From NCBI GenBank assembly GCA_964408485.1, contig CAYOZJ010000001.1:28366-92365 (forward strand): DNA of 64,000 bases. Direction: 5' to 3'. The notes below the pieces were generated by a model. That model saw only the letters and a program-made list of their open reading frames with translations. It did no database searches and was not told the origin of the DNA. The stretch is from an uncultured Gammaproteobacteria bacterium (GTDB lineage Bacteria; Patescibacteriota; Microgenomatia; Levybacterales; UBA12049). Made by a program: the position numbers and the translations under genes. Each line of letters starts with the position of its first letter. The stretch's first letter is position 1. Positions 1 through 7,973 of this stretch are shown here, one piece after another.

Positions 1-1
1 T

Positions 2-337
2 AATCTTATCCTAATACAATCCATGATGGATCTTGGTATTTTGGATTTTACAAATGGAAAATGGCATTTAGACACAGAGGATCCACAAAAATTGGCAGGA
101 TATCATACAAGCACTAAGAATGCTTTTTTGGAATTTGCAAAAATTTATGAAGCAACAGATCCTGAAGTATCCAAGGCAGAAACAGCTGCATTTAAGGCAA
201 AATATCTAGACATTCCTTCACGTAAAATGCTTCAGCTCGTGCGTGATTCAGGAATTCTCTCAGAAAACGAATATCGAGCAGAAATGCAGAAGTATTATCC
301 CACAGATGGAAGAAGAACAGAACCTAATGCTGCATAA
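2..337 (+). CDS. hypothetical protein, 5'-truncated at window edge
   Basis: The reading frame has no stop codon back to position 2, so the start likely lies upstream of the window. A terminator hairpin follows at about 445-468. No recognisable family. Confidence 0.4.
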   Translation, partial: NLILIQSMMDLGILDFTNGKWHLDTEDPQKLAGYHTSTKNAFLEFAKIYEATDPEVSKAETAAFKAKYLDIPSRKMLQLVRDSGILSENEYRAEMQKYYPTDGRRTEPNAA

Positions 338-470
338 GTCTTGTCAAGGAAAATAGTTTTTTGTATAATAAATTCTCTTATGAACAAACAGATTATTGGC
401 ATTATCATTATTACCCGTTAGGGTGGGGATAATGCTGCTGTTGCAACCCCGCCATTGAGCGGGTTTTTTA

Positions 471-704
471 GTGGCTATGACAGAAAACCATACAAGAGAA
501 AAAATTATTAATGAACAGGCTGGTTTAGATAATAAACGAGTTCCAAGAGTTTCTGCACGCGATGCACGATTTTGGCCACGTATAACTGTGGATAGCAAGC
601 ATAGCCTAGGAGGAAAATATGTTCCTAGAGATGTAAACGTTTGGACGGACAGCAAAGGTAATACAATACCAGGAGGAGATCATGCTAATGAGGTTAAATG
701 GTAA
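471..704 (+). CDS. small hypothetical protein (77 aa)
   Basis: ORF with a GTG at 471 or an ATG at 477, directly after the upstream terminator. A plausible basic small protein. The opposite-strand ORF 344..655 is judged spurious. Confidence 0.35.
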   Translation: MAMTENHTREKIINEQAGLDNKRVPRVSARDARFWPRITVDSKHSLGGKYVPRDVNVWTDSKGNTIPGGDHANEVKW

Positions 705-819
705 AAACCTATTGCGTGTATACACTGGCCTCTTGCAATGAGTGAAAAGTTTTGATATTCTAATTATCACAATGACATTCTCAAAAAGATTTAGTTTTTT
801 CTTTTTTAACTCCTTAGAT

Positions 820-898
820 GGGGGAGAATGTAGTTGCTAAACTAATTTAGACAAAAGCACAACAACTCCCCACAGCGGGAGTTTTTTTGTGGGTTATG
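820..898 (+). ncRNA. structured RNA motif ending in an intrinsic terminator (family F, copy 1)
   Basis: GGGGGAG...TGTAGTTGCT...CTCCCC ACAGC GGGAG followed by T7. The same architecture is seen at 2637-2690, 6342-6390 and 13178-13251. Confidence 0.4.
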
Positions 899-914
899 GA
901 AGGAGGTGAAACAT

Positions 915-1064
915 ATGGCAGTAGAAGCAAAAGCAAAAACAGATAAACGGACAGATAGACTTCCAGGACCTGCACCTGTTGATCCTGTTTATCGAAGAGA
1001 AAGGCCAAACGCCAGGGAAGTTTACGAAAATAAAAGAAGGGAAGACAGAAAACCAGGCTTCTAA
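915..1064 (+). CDS. small basic hypothetical protein (49 aa), not in the ORF track
   Basis: ATG at 915 preceded by GGAAGGAGGTGAAACAT, a strong SD. Stop TAA at 1062-1064. The C-terminal ...RKPGF resembles the C-terminal part of ORF 2782. Confidence 0.4.
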   Translation: MAVEAKAKTDKRTDRLPGPAPVDPVYRRERPNAREVYENKRREDRKPGF

Positions 1065-1166
1065 TTTCATTTTTTATGAAACTGACAAGGGTTGTAAAGA
1101 GACGTCTTTATGACCCTTGTTTTTATACTTTTGAACAACAATGAATTTTGTTATAATTGAGCGTAC

Positions 1167-1240
1167 GGAGTTATAGCTCAGTTGGTTAGAGCGTTTCATT
1201 GACATTGAAAAGGTCACTGGTTCGAGTCCAGTTAGCTCCA
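1167..1240 (+). tRNA. tRNA-Val (anticodon GAC)
   Basis: Cloverleaf folds by hand: acceptor GGAGUUA/UAGCUCC, D-stem GCUC/GAGC, anticodon stem UUUCA/UGAAA with loop UUGACAU, T-stem ACUGG/CCAGU with loop UUCGAGU. CCA is not encoded. Confidence 0.8.
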
Positions 1241-1390
1241 CACTTCGGCAAGCTCAGTGCGAGCTAGACGTAATTAAATAAAGATCTAGACAAAAGTTTA
1301 CCCTGAGGGAAGCCGAAGGGAGTCCAGTACCGTCCACAAGAATCCCATACTACTTATATACTTAGCCTCAAAATTATTCTTCTGAACCTA

Positions 1391-1419
1391 TTGACAAATT
1401 ATTAAATTAACCCTATAAT
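1391..1419 (+). promoter_or_regulatory. consensus sigma70-type promoter TTGACA-N17-TATAAT
   Basis: Perfect -35 (1391-1396) and -10 (1414-1419) hexamers with a 17-nt spacer. The ATG of ORF 1426 lies 7 nt downstream, implying a leaderless transcript. Confidence 0.5.
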
Positions 1420-1425
1420 AGTTGT

Positions 1426-1641
1426 ATGTTAATCGCACCAAAACGAATGACGACTCCCAAACGGGGAATAAGTCCAAGACGACTAGCTGATACTGTAGAC
1501 ATAACAGAGCTTCGAGATGATCTTGCTGAAAAGATTGTAGAAAGAAATAAGCGTTTAAAAAGCCTCGAGCTTCAAGGAAAGATGGCACTTGTAGAGGCTG
1601 CTACACTTTTTGTTGAACGAGAAATTCGAAAGCTAAAATAA
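1426..1641 (+). CDS. small hypothetical protein (71 aa), possibly leaderless
   Basis: ORF begins at the predicted transcription start of the consensus promoter. Charged helical protein with no family recognised. Confidence 0.35.
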   Translation: MLIAPKRMTTPKRGISPRRLADTVDITELRDDLAEKIVERNKRLKSLELQGKMALVEAATLFVEREIRKLK

Positions 1642-1695
1642 TCCTTCATCACTTGTTACCTCAAACATACAATAATTTTCTGCTATACTTTTTCT

Positions 1696-2250
1696 GTGAC
1701 CCGAGAAACAGCTCTTCAAATTCTTACCAAACACCTTTCCAATAAAGTACTTCTTAAGCATTCATTAGCAGTTGAGGCTGTAATGCGGTCGTTAGCGCCT
1801 ATGTTTAAGGGAGATATAGAAGAATGGGGCATAGCAGGACTACTTCACGATGCAGACTACGACGAAGCAAAAGGACAGCCAGAAAGGCATGGATTTCTTC
1901 TTTTTCAACTTGAGCCAAATATGATTCCCAGTGTTGTCGAGCACGCAATTAAATCTCATAATTTTGAAGATACGCATATTGCACCAGAATCTCCCATGGA
2001 CTGGGCATTGTATTGCTGCGACGACCTAACGGGAATCATTACCGAGCTTGCCCAAGCACAGAAAGAAAAGGTCCTGTCATCAATCTCTTCCCAACAAATT
2101 GTCCAAGAGCTACTAGAAAAGCATAAAAACAAGAAAAATACACATCTTGCTGCTTTTCTGTCTGAGGAAAAATTAGGCATACCCCTCGAGCAATTTGTTA
2201 TTTTAAACTTAAAAGCAATGCAAGCAGCTCATGAAGAATTGGGATTATAG
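1696..2250 (+). CDS. HD-domain phosphohydrolase
   Basis: H...HD motif (GLLHDADYDE) and later conserved His typical of the HD/HDIG superfamily. GTG start. A TGCTATACT extended -10 lies 6 nt upstream. Confidence 0.65.
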   Translation: MTRETALQILTKHLSNKVLLKHSLAVEAVMRSLAPMFKGDIEEWGIAGLLHDADYDEAKGQPERHGFLLFQLEPNMIPSVVEHAIKSHNFEDTHIAPESPMDWALYCCDDLTGIITELAQAQKEKVLSSISSQQIVQELLEKHKNKKNTHLAAFLSEEKLGIPLEQFVILNLKAMQAAHEELGL

Positions 2251-2287
2251 ATATTGACTTCTTTTTTCTTCTGTTTATACTAAAAAT

Positions 2288-2563
2288 ATGATAAAGAAAA
2301 ACCAACCAGTCACAAAAGAAGAACTTAAAGAGGTGCTAAGAGACTATCCCACAAAAGATTATTTAGAAGACAGATTGGAGCTGTTTGAAAAAGGTATTGT
2401 CGAAGAGTTGGACGAGCGCATGGATAAGAAGTTTAAAATATACTTTAAAACAAACTTTGACGCGTTCTATCAAAGACTTATGAAGGGGATGGGTATTACC
2501 GTTGTAACCCATGAACAGAGAATCACAAAACTTGAAGACACTGTTTTCCCAACCAAAAGTTGA
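2288..2563 (+). CDS. hypothetical protein (91 aa)
   Basis: Intact ORF with a charged helical composition. No family recognised. Confidence 0.4.
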   Translation: MIKKNQPVTKEELKEVLRDYPTKDYLEDRLELFEKGIVEELDERMDKKFKIYFKTNFDAFYQRLMKGMGITVVTHEQRITKLEDTVFPTKS

Positions 2564-2690
2564 CAACATAATTTTCTTTATGATAAACTTATTAGTAATG
2601 AAACGACAAATTGCATTAACAACTACTACAACTCTTAGTTAGGAGGTTGTAGTTGCTGTGCAAAATATGACCTCCGAAAGGAGGTTTTTT
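2560..2690 (+). ncRNA. candidate small RNA: promoter (TTGACA-N18-TAAACT with upstream TG) plus ~100-nt transcript ending in family-F terminator (copy 2)
   Basis: -35 at 2560-2565, TGaTAAACT at 2581-2589. Inside are the stem CTACAAC...GTTGTAG, AGGAGG...CCTCC GAAA GGAGG and T6 (2671-2690). Confidence 0.4.
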
Positions 2691-2781
2691 GATGGAAAAC
2701 GTCCTTTCGAATAAAACGAGAGGCCTATCGAAGAGATTTCTCACTTTGTTCGAAATGACAAAGAGAAGGAGGTGAGAAAAT

Positions 2782-2976
2782 ATGATAGAAGAAGGTGAGG
2801 ATAGGTCTGATATATTAAGACAAAACGATAGAATCCTTATGGAAGTTATGCCAGAAAAAGCCGGCAGACGATGGAAACCGTTAGTTTTGATTAGGCAAGG
2901 AAACCAATGGGAAAAAGGTGAGGTAAGACGGGTTCGTAAACCTGGATTTCTTCAACGACTATTCCATAGGGCCTAG
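2782..2976 (+). CDS. small hypothetical protein (64 aa)
   Basis: ATG preceded by AAGGAGGTGAGAAAAT (strong SD). Contains RKPGF like ORF 915. Confidence 0.35.
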   Translation: MIEEGEDRSDILRQNDRILMEVMPEKAGRRWKPLVLIRQGNQWEKGEVRRVRKPGFLQRLFHRA

Positions 2977-3047
2977 AAATAAGGGAGAAGGGCGAACGTC
3001 GACCTGCCTTACTCCTTTCAAAGCAAAAATGAATTTGATACTATTAT

Positions 3048-3072
3048 GTCATTCTGAACGAAGCGAAGAATC
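3048..3072. repeat. short hairpin repeat unit GTCATTCTGAACGAAGCGAAGAATC (family A)
   Basis: Member of the dispersed GTCATYC...GRATC family, whose copies are listed in the findings. Confidence 0.7.
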
Positions 3073-3080
3073 TAGAAATA

Positions 3081-3131
3081 GGTGAGCAAACCTCACCCCA
3101 ACCCTCTCCTAAAAGGCGAGGGAGATCAAGG
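3081..3131 (+). promoter_or_regulatory. conserved thrS leader: GGTGAG-loop-CTCACC hairpin plus CCCTCTCC-TAAAAGG-CGAGGGAG hairpin (family D)
   Basis: The same two-hairpin arrangement, with the same GTCAT-type element before it, precedes pheS at 6470-6524. A TAAAAGG/TAGAAGG loop sits between complementary CCTCTCC/GGAGAGG arms just 5' of the AAGGA RBS. Confidence 0.45.
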
Positions 3132-3139
3132 AAAAATTT

Positions 3140-4900
3140 ATGAATATGGAAAAATTACAACATCTTAGGCATACGGCAGCACATTTACTTGCTGCAGCTG
3201 TTTTGCGCTTATATCCTGGCGCACATAATGCCATAGGACCATCAATCGAGGAAGGATTTTACCAAGACTTTGATATGGGCGAGCATAAAATTTCTGAGAA
3301 TGATCTTCCAAAAATAGAGGAAGAAATGAGAAAAATTGTTAAAGATTGGCATCACTTTGAAGTAAAAGAAGTAACACCGGATGAAGCAAGAAAAGCATTT
3401 GCTCACAATCCTTATAAATCAGAGCTTATAGAGGAGTTTGCTAAAGAAGGCAAAACAATTACCCTCAATAATCCTGGTGATTTTCTCGATCTTTGTAAAG
3501 GCGGACACTCTGACAACCCAGCAGAAGAGCTGAAGCATTTCAAGCTAATGAAGCTTGCTGGTGCATATTGGAGGGGAAGCGAAAAAAATAAAATGCTTAC
3601 CAGAATTTATGGAACAGCATTTTTCTCTCAAAAAGAATTGGATGACTATCTCCAAATGCTTGAAGAGGCAGAAAAACGAGACCATAAAAAATTAGGCAAA
3701 GAACTTGATCTATTTTTCTTTACAGAAACAGCTCCAGGTATGCCATATTGGTTACCAAAAGGACTTATTGTCTTCAATGAGCTTCTTAATTTTTCAAGAA
3801 GTGTAAGGAAAAGCTACGGCTATACAGAAATCATGACACCCATTATGTCCAAAAAGGAATTGTATGAGACATCAGGACATTGGTTTCATTACAGAGATGA
3901 CATGTTTATTTCCCCAATGAGCTATCTTCGCGGAGATAGTAAGGATCCATACGTTGGAGCAGAGATTTTTGGCATAAAACCAATGAATTGCCCCAATGCA
4001 ATGACTGTTTTTGCATCTATGACACGCTCGTATAGAGATTTGCCAATGAGATTATCCGAAACAACAGCACTTCATAGATTTGAATTATCTGGAACACTGA
4101 ATGGACTTTTCAGGGCGCGAGAATTTCATCAGGATGACTCCCATATTTTTGTGGGCATGAATCAAGTGGGAGAAGAATTTCAGAGAATTATTGAAACAAT
4201 TGAAATTTTCTATAAAGCGTTTGATCTTAAATACAAGCTTCGCTTTGGCACAAGACCAGAAAACTTTATGGGAGAAGCAAAGGACTGGGATATTGCAGAA
4301 AGAGAACTCAAGGTTGTTTTAGACAAATCAGGCCAAGAGTACTTCGAAGCAGCAGGAGAAGGGGCATTTTACGGACCAAAAATAGATATTCTTATGAAAG
4401 ACTCATTGGGCCGTGAATGGCAAACAGGGACAATTCAGCTTGATTTCCAGCAACCGAAAAATTTTAAACTAAAATACACAGATAGTGAAGGGAAGGATGT
4501 CCAACCTGCAGCATTCCATGTAGCGATTTATGGCTCATTTGAGCGCTTCCTTGGCATTCTTATTGAGAATTTTGAAGGAAAGCTTCCAACCTGGCTCGCG
4601 CCTGTCCAAGTTGCCCTTCTTCCTATTGCTGACAGGCACAATGACTATGCACAAAGTGTGGCTAAAGAGCTTGAAAAGATGGGATTTCGTGCAGAAGTTG
4701 ACAGTAGCCCAGAACGTCTCCAGGCTAAAATACGCAATGCAACTTTACAACATGTACCATTTATGGGTATAATAGGGGACAAGGAAATTGAGAATAAGGC
4801 TATCTCTGTAAGGAAACGAAGCAGTGAAGATTTAGGACCAATCTCTTTAGACCAATTTTTAGCCCAACTTAAGGGAGAAGTAGAAAACAAAGTTGTATAA
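3140..4900 (+). CDS. thrS: threonyl-tRNA synthetase
   Basis: Class II aaRS with HLRHTAAHLLAAAV, a tRNA_SAD editing-domain region and an anticodon-binding domain. At 586 aa it lacks the N-terminal TGS domain. Confidence 0.95.
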   Translation: MNMEKLQHLRHTAAHLLAAAVLRLYPGAHNAIGPSIEEGFYQDFDMGEHKISENDLPKIEEEMRKIVKDWHHFEVKEVTPDEARKAFAHNPYKSELIEEFAKEGKTITLNNPGDFLDLCKGGHSDNPAEELKHFKLMKLAGAYWRGSEKNKMLTRIYGTAFFSQKELDDYLQMLEEAEKRDHKKLGKELDLFFFTETAPGMPYWLPKGLIVFNELLNFSRSVRKSYGYTEIMTPIMSKKELYETSGHWFHYRDDMFISPMSYLRGDSKDPYVGAEIFGIKPMNCPNAMTVFASMTRSYRDLPMRLSETTALHRFELSGTLNGLFRAREFHQDDSHIFVGMNQVGEEFQRIIETIEIFYKAFDLKYKLRFGTRPENFMGEAKDWDIAERELKVVLDKSGQEYFEAAGEGAFYGPKIDILMKDSLGREWQTGTIQLDFQQPKNFKLKYTDSEGKDVQPAAFHVAIYGSFERFLGILIENFEGKLPTWLAPVQVALLPIADRHNDYAQSVAKELEKMGFRAEVDSSPERLQAKIRNATLQHVPFMGIIGDKEIENKAISVRKRSSEDLGPISLDQFLAQLKGEVENKVV

Positions 4901-5474
4901 ACGTACATTCAGTCCAAGACAACAATTTCGAATAAATGAGCGAATTTTCGCAAATTCTCTTCGGGTTTTGGACATAGAGGGCAAACAAGTTGGTGTTCTT
5001 TCAAAAACAGAAGCATTAAATAAAGCTCGCGAATTAGGAGTAGACCTGGTCGAAGTCGCACCACAAGCTACCCCTCCTGTTGCTAGACTTATTGATTACA
5101 ATAAGTTTTTGTACCAGGTAGAGAAGAAAAAGCGAGAAGAAAAACGAAAAGCAAAATCAACCGAGACAAAAGAAGTGAGGCTTGGACCCTTTATGGGTGC
5201 AGCCGATCTGGATAACATGACCAATCGGGCGAAAGGCTTTTTGCAGGACGGAAATAAAGTCCGTTTAGTGCTGAAATTCAGGGGAAGACAAATTGTTCAT
5301 CCTGAATTTGGACATGAAACAATTCAGAAGATGGTTGCAGCGTTAGCAGATGTTTCGAAAGTCGAAAAAGAACCTCGACTTGAAGGAAAACAGCTTATTG
5401 CAATTATCTCACCAGAAAGGAAAAAAACAAAAAATGAAGAAGAAAATCAAGAACTCAGTAGCCAGACGGTTTAA
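4893..5474 (+). CDS. infC: translation initiation factor IF-3
   Basis: INERI...LRVLDIEGKQVGVL...ARELGVDLVEV IF3 N- and C-domain signatures in the classic infC-rpmI-rplT order. Lys/Glu-rich C-terminal extension. Confidence 0.9.
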   Translation: MYKRTFSPRQQFRINERIFANSLRVLDIEGKQVGVLSKTEALNKARELGVDLVEVAPQATPPVARLIDYNKFLYQVEKKKREEKRKAKSTETKEVRLGPFMGAADLDNMTNRAKGFLQDGNKVRLVLKFRGRQIVHPEFGHETIQKMVAALADVSKVEKEPRLEGKQLIAIISPERKKTKNEEENQELSSQTV

Positions 5475-5628
5475 AGTTACCAAAACAGGTAAGGTACTTT
5501 TTGCACATCAAAATGCAGGGCATTTAAAAGCAGCAAAGTCTAACCGAAATAAAAGACGTAATAAAGTCCCAGGAGTACTTCCTGAAATGTTTGGAAGAAA
5601 AATAAAGAAGATGCTAGGGTATCTATAA
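5434..5628 (+). CDS. rpmI: 50S ribosomal protein L35
   Basis: MKKKIKNSVARRFKVTKTGKVLFAHQNAGH matches the L35 pattern (KxKTxxxxxKRFKxTxxGKV). The start was chosen at the internal Met, so it overlaps the infC 3' end. The ORF-track start at 5350 is probably too long. Confidence 0.8.
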   Translation: MKKKIKNSVARRFKVTKTGKVLFAHQNAGHLKAAKSNRNKRRNKVPGVLPEMFGRKIKKMLGYL

Positions 5629-5688
5629 AGAAAGGTTTATTCTTCGAGCGAAGCGAGAAGTTCTCACATTCGTTCGAACAATACATAT

Positions 5689-6039
5689 ATGAGAGTTAAA
5701 AGAGGAACAGTATCAAGACGAAAACATAATAAGCTTCTAGAACAAGCAGCGGGTTACCGTGGATCTCGTTCTAAATTAGTCCGCACAGCTAAACAAGCAG
5801 TACTTCAAGCAGGAAGTTATGCCTTTGCGGGTCGAAAGAATAAAAAGCGAGACTTCAGACAACTCTGGATTACCAGAATTTCTGAGGCAGCTAAAGAGCA
5901 GGAATTTTCCTACAGTAAGCTCATGAATAAACTTAAAAATGCCAACATTACCCTTGATAGAAAGATTCTTGCAGATATTGTTAATAGTGACCCAGAAACC
6001 TTTACACACTTGGTTGAAATGGCAAAGAAAGCCAACTAA
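5689..6039 (+). CDS. rplT: 50S ribosomal protein L20
   Basis: MRVKRGTVSRRKHNKLLEQAAGYRG...RDFRQLWITRI, the canonical L20 sequence. Confidence 0.95.
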   Translation: MRVKRGTVSRRKHNKLLEQAAGYRGSRSKLVRTAKQAVLQAGSYAFAGRKNKKRDFRQLWITRISEAAKEQEFSYSKLMNKLKNANITLDRKILADIVNSDPETFTHLVEMAKKAN

Positions 6040-6040
6040 T

Positions 6041-6304
6041 ATGTCAGCGGGTAGAAATCTTCATATAGAACGAGGTAATCTTCTAGAGAAATATAATGCA
6101 GCTACAACACGATTAACAGATGCAAAAAGAGAACATGGACGAAGAGGAAGTGCAGTAGCAGACGATAAACAGGAAGCGGGGCAATTAAGTAGAGCACTGG
6201 CAGCAAATAGAATTGCGCTAAAGGAAGAAAACAATACAGCACACGAAAGATATGTTCTTGGAAAAGCACAAGCGCAAGATCACAACACTCTTAATCAAGG
6301 ATGA
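6041..6304 (+). CDS. small hypothetical protein (87 aa)
   Basis: ATG at 6041 immediately after the rplT stop. The upstream part of ORF-track 5939..6304 overlaps rplT in another frame and was discarded. Low confidence. Confidence 0.3.
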   Translation: MSAGRNLHIERGNLLEKYNAATTRLTDAKREHGRRGSAVADDKQEAGQLSRALAANRIALKEENNTAHERYVLGKAQAQDHNTLNQG

Positions 6305-6341
6305 CAAATAAACTCTTTTTCTTTACATTTATTTCCTTTAA

Positions 6342-6390
6342 TTAGGAGGTTTTGTAGTGAAAAGCAAAAACCTCCGAAGGGAGGTTTTTT
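6342..6390 (+). terminator. family-F motif copy 3: AGGAGG...CCTCC GAAG GGAGG T6
   Basis: Hairpin CCTCC/GGAGG followed by a T-run. The upstream AGGAGG is complementary to the same CCTCC. Confidence 0.55.
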
Positions 6391-6393
6391 AAT

Positions 6394-6450
6394 GTCATCC
6401 CGCACTAGATGCGGGATCCAGAATTAGATTCCTGCTTTCGCAGGAATGAC
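6394..6450. repeat. composite hairpin repeat: GTCATCC-CGCACTAGATGCG-GGATC plus GATTCCTGC-TTTC-GCAGGAATGAC
   Basis: Two hairpin units in opposite orientation give overall terminal inverted repeats GTCAT...ATGAC. The same composite is at 16108-16167 and, in-frame, inside recG and the HhH-GPD gene. Confidence 0.7.
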
Positions 6451-6469
6451 AATCTGTTCTATAATCTAT

Positions 6470-6524
6470 GTGAGGAAATAACCTCACCTCAATCCTCTCC
6501 TAGAAGGAGAGGAAGAATAAAAGG
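6470..6524 (+). promoter_or_regulatory. conserved pheS leader (GTGAGG-loop-CCTCAC hairpin plus CCTCTCC-TAGAAGG-AGAGG hairpin; family D)
   Basis: Paralogous to the thrS leader at 3081-3131, immediately 5' of the pheS RBS. Confidence 0.45.
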
Positions 6525-6536
6525 AGAAAATTATAT

Positions 6537-7598
6537 ATGGAAGAACAATTAATGCAATTAAAAAATGATGCGCTAAGTCTTATCTTGGATGCATCTGACA
6601 AAAAAACGCTTGAGGAAATTAAGCTTCAATTTCTAGGAAAGAGTGGCAAGCTGACTCTGGCATTAAAAGATATTACAAAAGTTCCAATGGAAAAAAGGGC
6701 AGAAGTAGGCAAATTAGCTAATGAAGTAAAGCAGTCAGTTGAGGAAGCAATAGAGCGACAAGGAGAAGGCCTTACCCATAAGAGCCGTGAGACAAAGCGT
6801 CTGTCTTTAGACGTTACCAATCCAGGAATCAAGCCTCCACTTGGCCATTTACATTTAATAACGCAGGCAATTCAAGAAATTACCAGTATCTTTGAAAAAA
6901 TTGGATTTACTCGCGTAAGATATCCTGAAATTGATTGGGATTATTATGCATTTACTGCACTTAATTTTCCGGAAAATCATCCTGCACGAGATGATTGGGA
7001 AACATTTTTTACAAAAGAAGATACCGATAGTAAAAAAGGGCAAATTGTCCTTACGCCACATACATCTAATGGGCAGGTTAGAGAAATGGAGCGAGCTGTT
7101 GCAGAGAGTAAGGTAACAGGGCAACCAGTGAGTATCCGCATGCTCAATATTGCAAAATGCTACAGAAGGCAATCTGATGTCTCCCATACGCAAATGTTTC
7201 ATCAATTCGAAGGGCTTGTTGTTGGAGAAAATATTTCCATTGTCCATTTGAAGGGAGTACTGGATTATTTTGTAAAGTCATACTTCGGAGAAAATCGCAC
7301 ATCTCGAATCCGACCGTATCACTTTCAATTTACCGAACCCTCTTTTGAAATAGATGTTACGTGTGGCGTGTGTCTAGGCAAAGGATGCAAGCTCTGTAAA
7401 GCAGGATGGCTAGAAATGGGCGGAGCAGGTATGGTACATCCAAATGTCCTAAAATATGGCGGTGTTGATACGAAAAAATACACGGGCTTTGCATTTGGCT
7501 GGGGAGTCGAGCGAGTGCTCATGATGAAAGAGGGAATAGAGATAGATGACTTACGTTTACTCTATTCTAATAAATTAGAGTTTCTAGAACAGTTTTAA
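6537..7598 (+). CDS. pheS: phenylalanyl-tRNA synthetase alpha subunit
   Basis: Class II motifs (FQFTEPSFEIDV, GWLEMGGAGMVHPNVL). Confidence 0.95.
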   Translation: MEEQLMQLKNDALSLILDASDKKTLEEIKLQFLGKSGKLTLALKDITKVPMEKRAEVGKLANEVKQSVEEAIERQGEGLTHKSRETKRLSLDVTNPGIKPPLGHLHLITQAIQEITSIFEKIGFTRVRYPEIDWDYYAFTALNFPENHPARDDWETFFTKEDTDSKKGQIVLTPHTSNGQVREMERAVAESKVTGQPVSIRMLNIAKCYRRQSDVSHTQMFHQFEGLVVGENISIVHLKGVLDYFVKSYFGENRTSRIRPYHFQFTEPSFEIDVTCGVCLGKGCKLCKAGWLEMGGAGMVHPNVLKYGGVDTKKYTGFAFGWGVERVLMMKEGIEIDDLRLLYSNKLEFLEQF

Positions 7599-7599
7599 T

Positions 7600-7971
7600 A
7601 TGAAAATTACATCATATGATCAGGCAATTCATGTAACAAAGCCAACAGGACTTAAGGTGAGTTATTATTTATTTGATGAATATGAGGTGCACGTAAATGA
7701 GCAGCCACCACACAGTGTTCAAGATTGGCATCATCATGAAAAGATTTGGGAAAGTCTCATTATTTTAGAAGGGGAGTTAATCGCTAAATGGAAAGAAAAT
7801 GGGGAAGAAAAACAAGCAACCGTTAAAGCAGGAGATATTATTGAAACTGAGCATACACCGCATATTTTTGAGAACCAAACAGATAGTACGGTAAAGTTTA
7901 TTGTTTTAAAACAAGTAACAACAGGGGGGAATAAAAGGGAATTACTTAAAACAGATAAGGTTTTGGATTAA
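7600..7971 (+). CDS. cupin-domain protein
   Basis: Two-His cupin-like motifs (WHHHEKIW...GDIIETEHTPH). Sits between pheS and pheT. Confidence 0.55.
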   Translation: MKITSYDQAIHVTKPTGLKVSYYLFDEYEVHVNEQPPHSVQDWHHHEKIWESLIILEGELIAKWKENGEEKQATVKAGDIIETEHTPHIFENQTDSTVKFIVLKQVTTGGNKRELLKTDKVLD

Positions 7972-7973
7972 CT

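Noticed and set aside
344-655. Minus-strand ORF of 103 aa overlapping ORF 471..704
   Set aside because: It runs through the intrinsic terminator hairpin at ~445-468 and has no RBS. The plus-strand small ORF is better placed.
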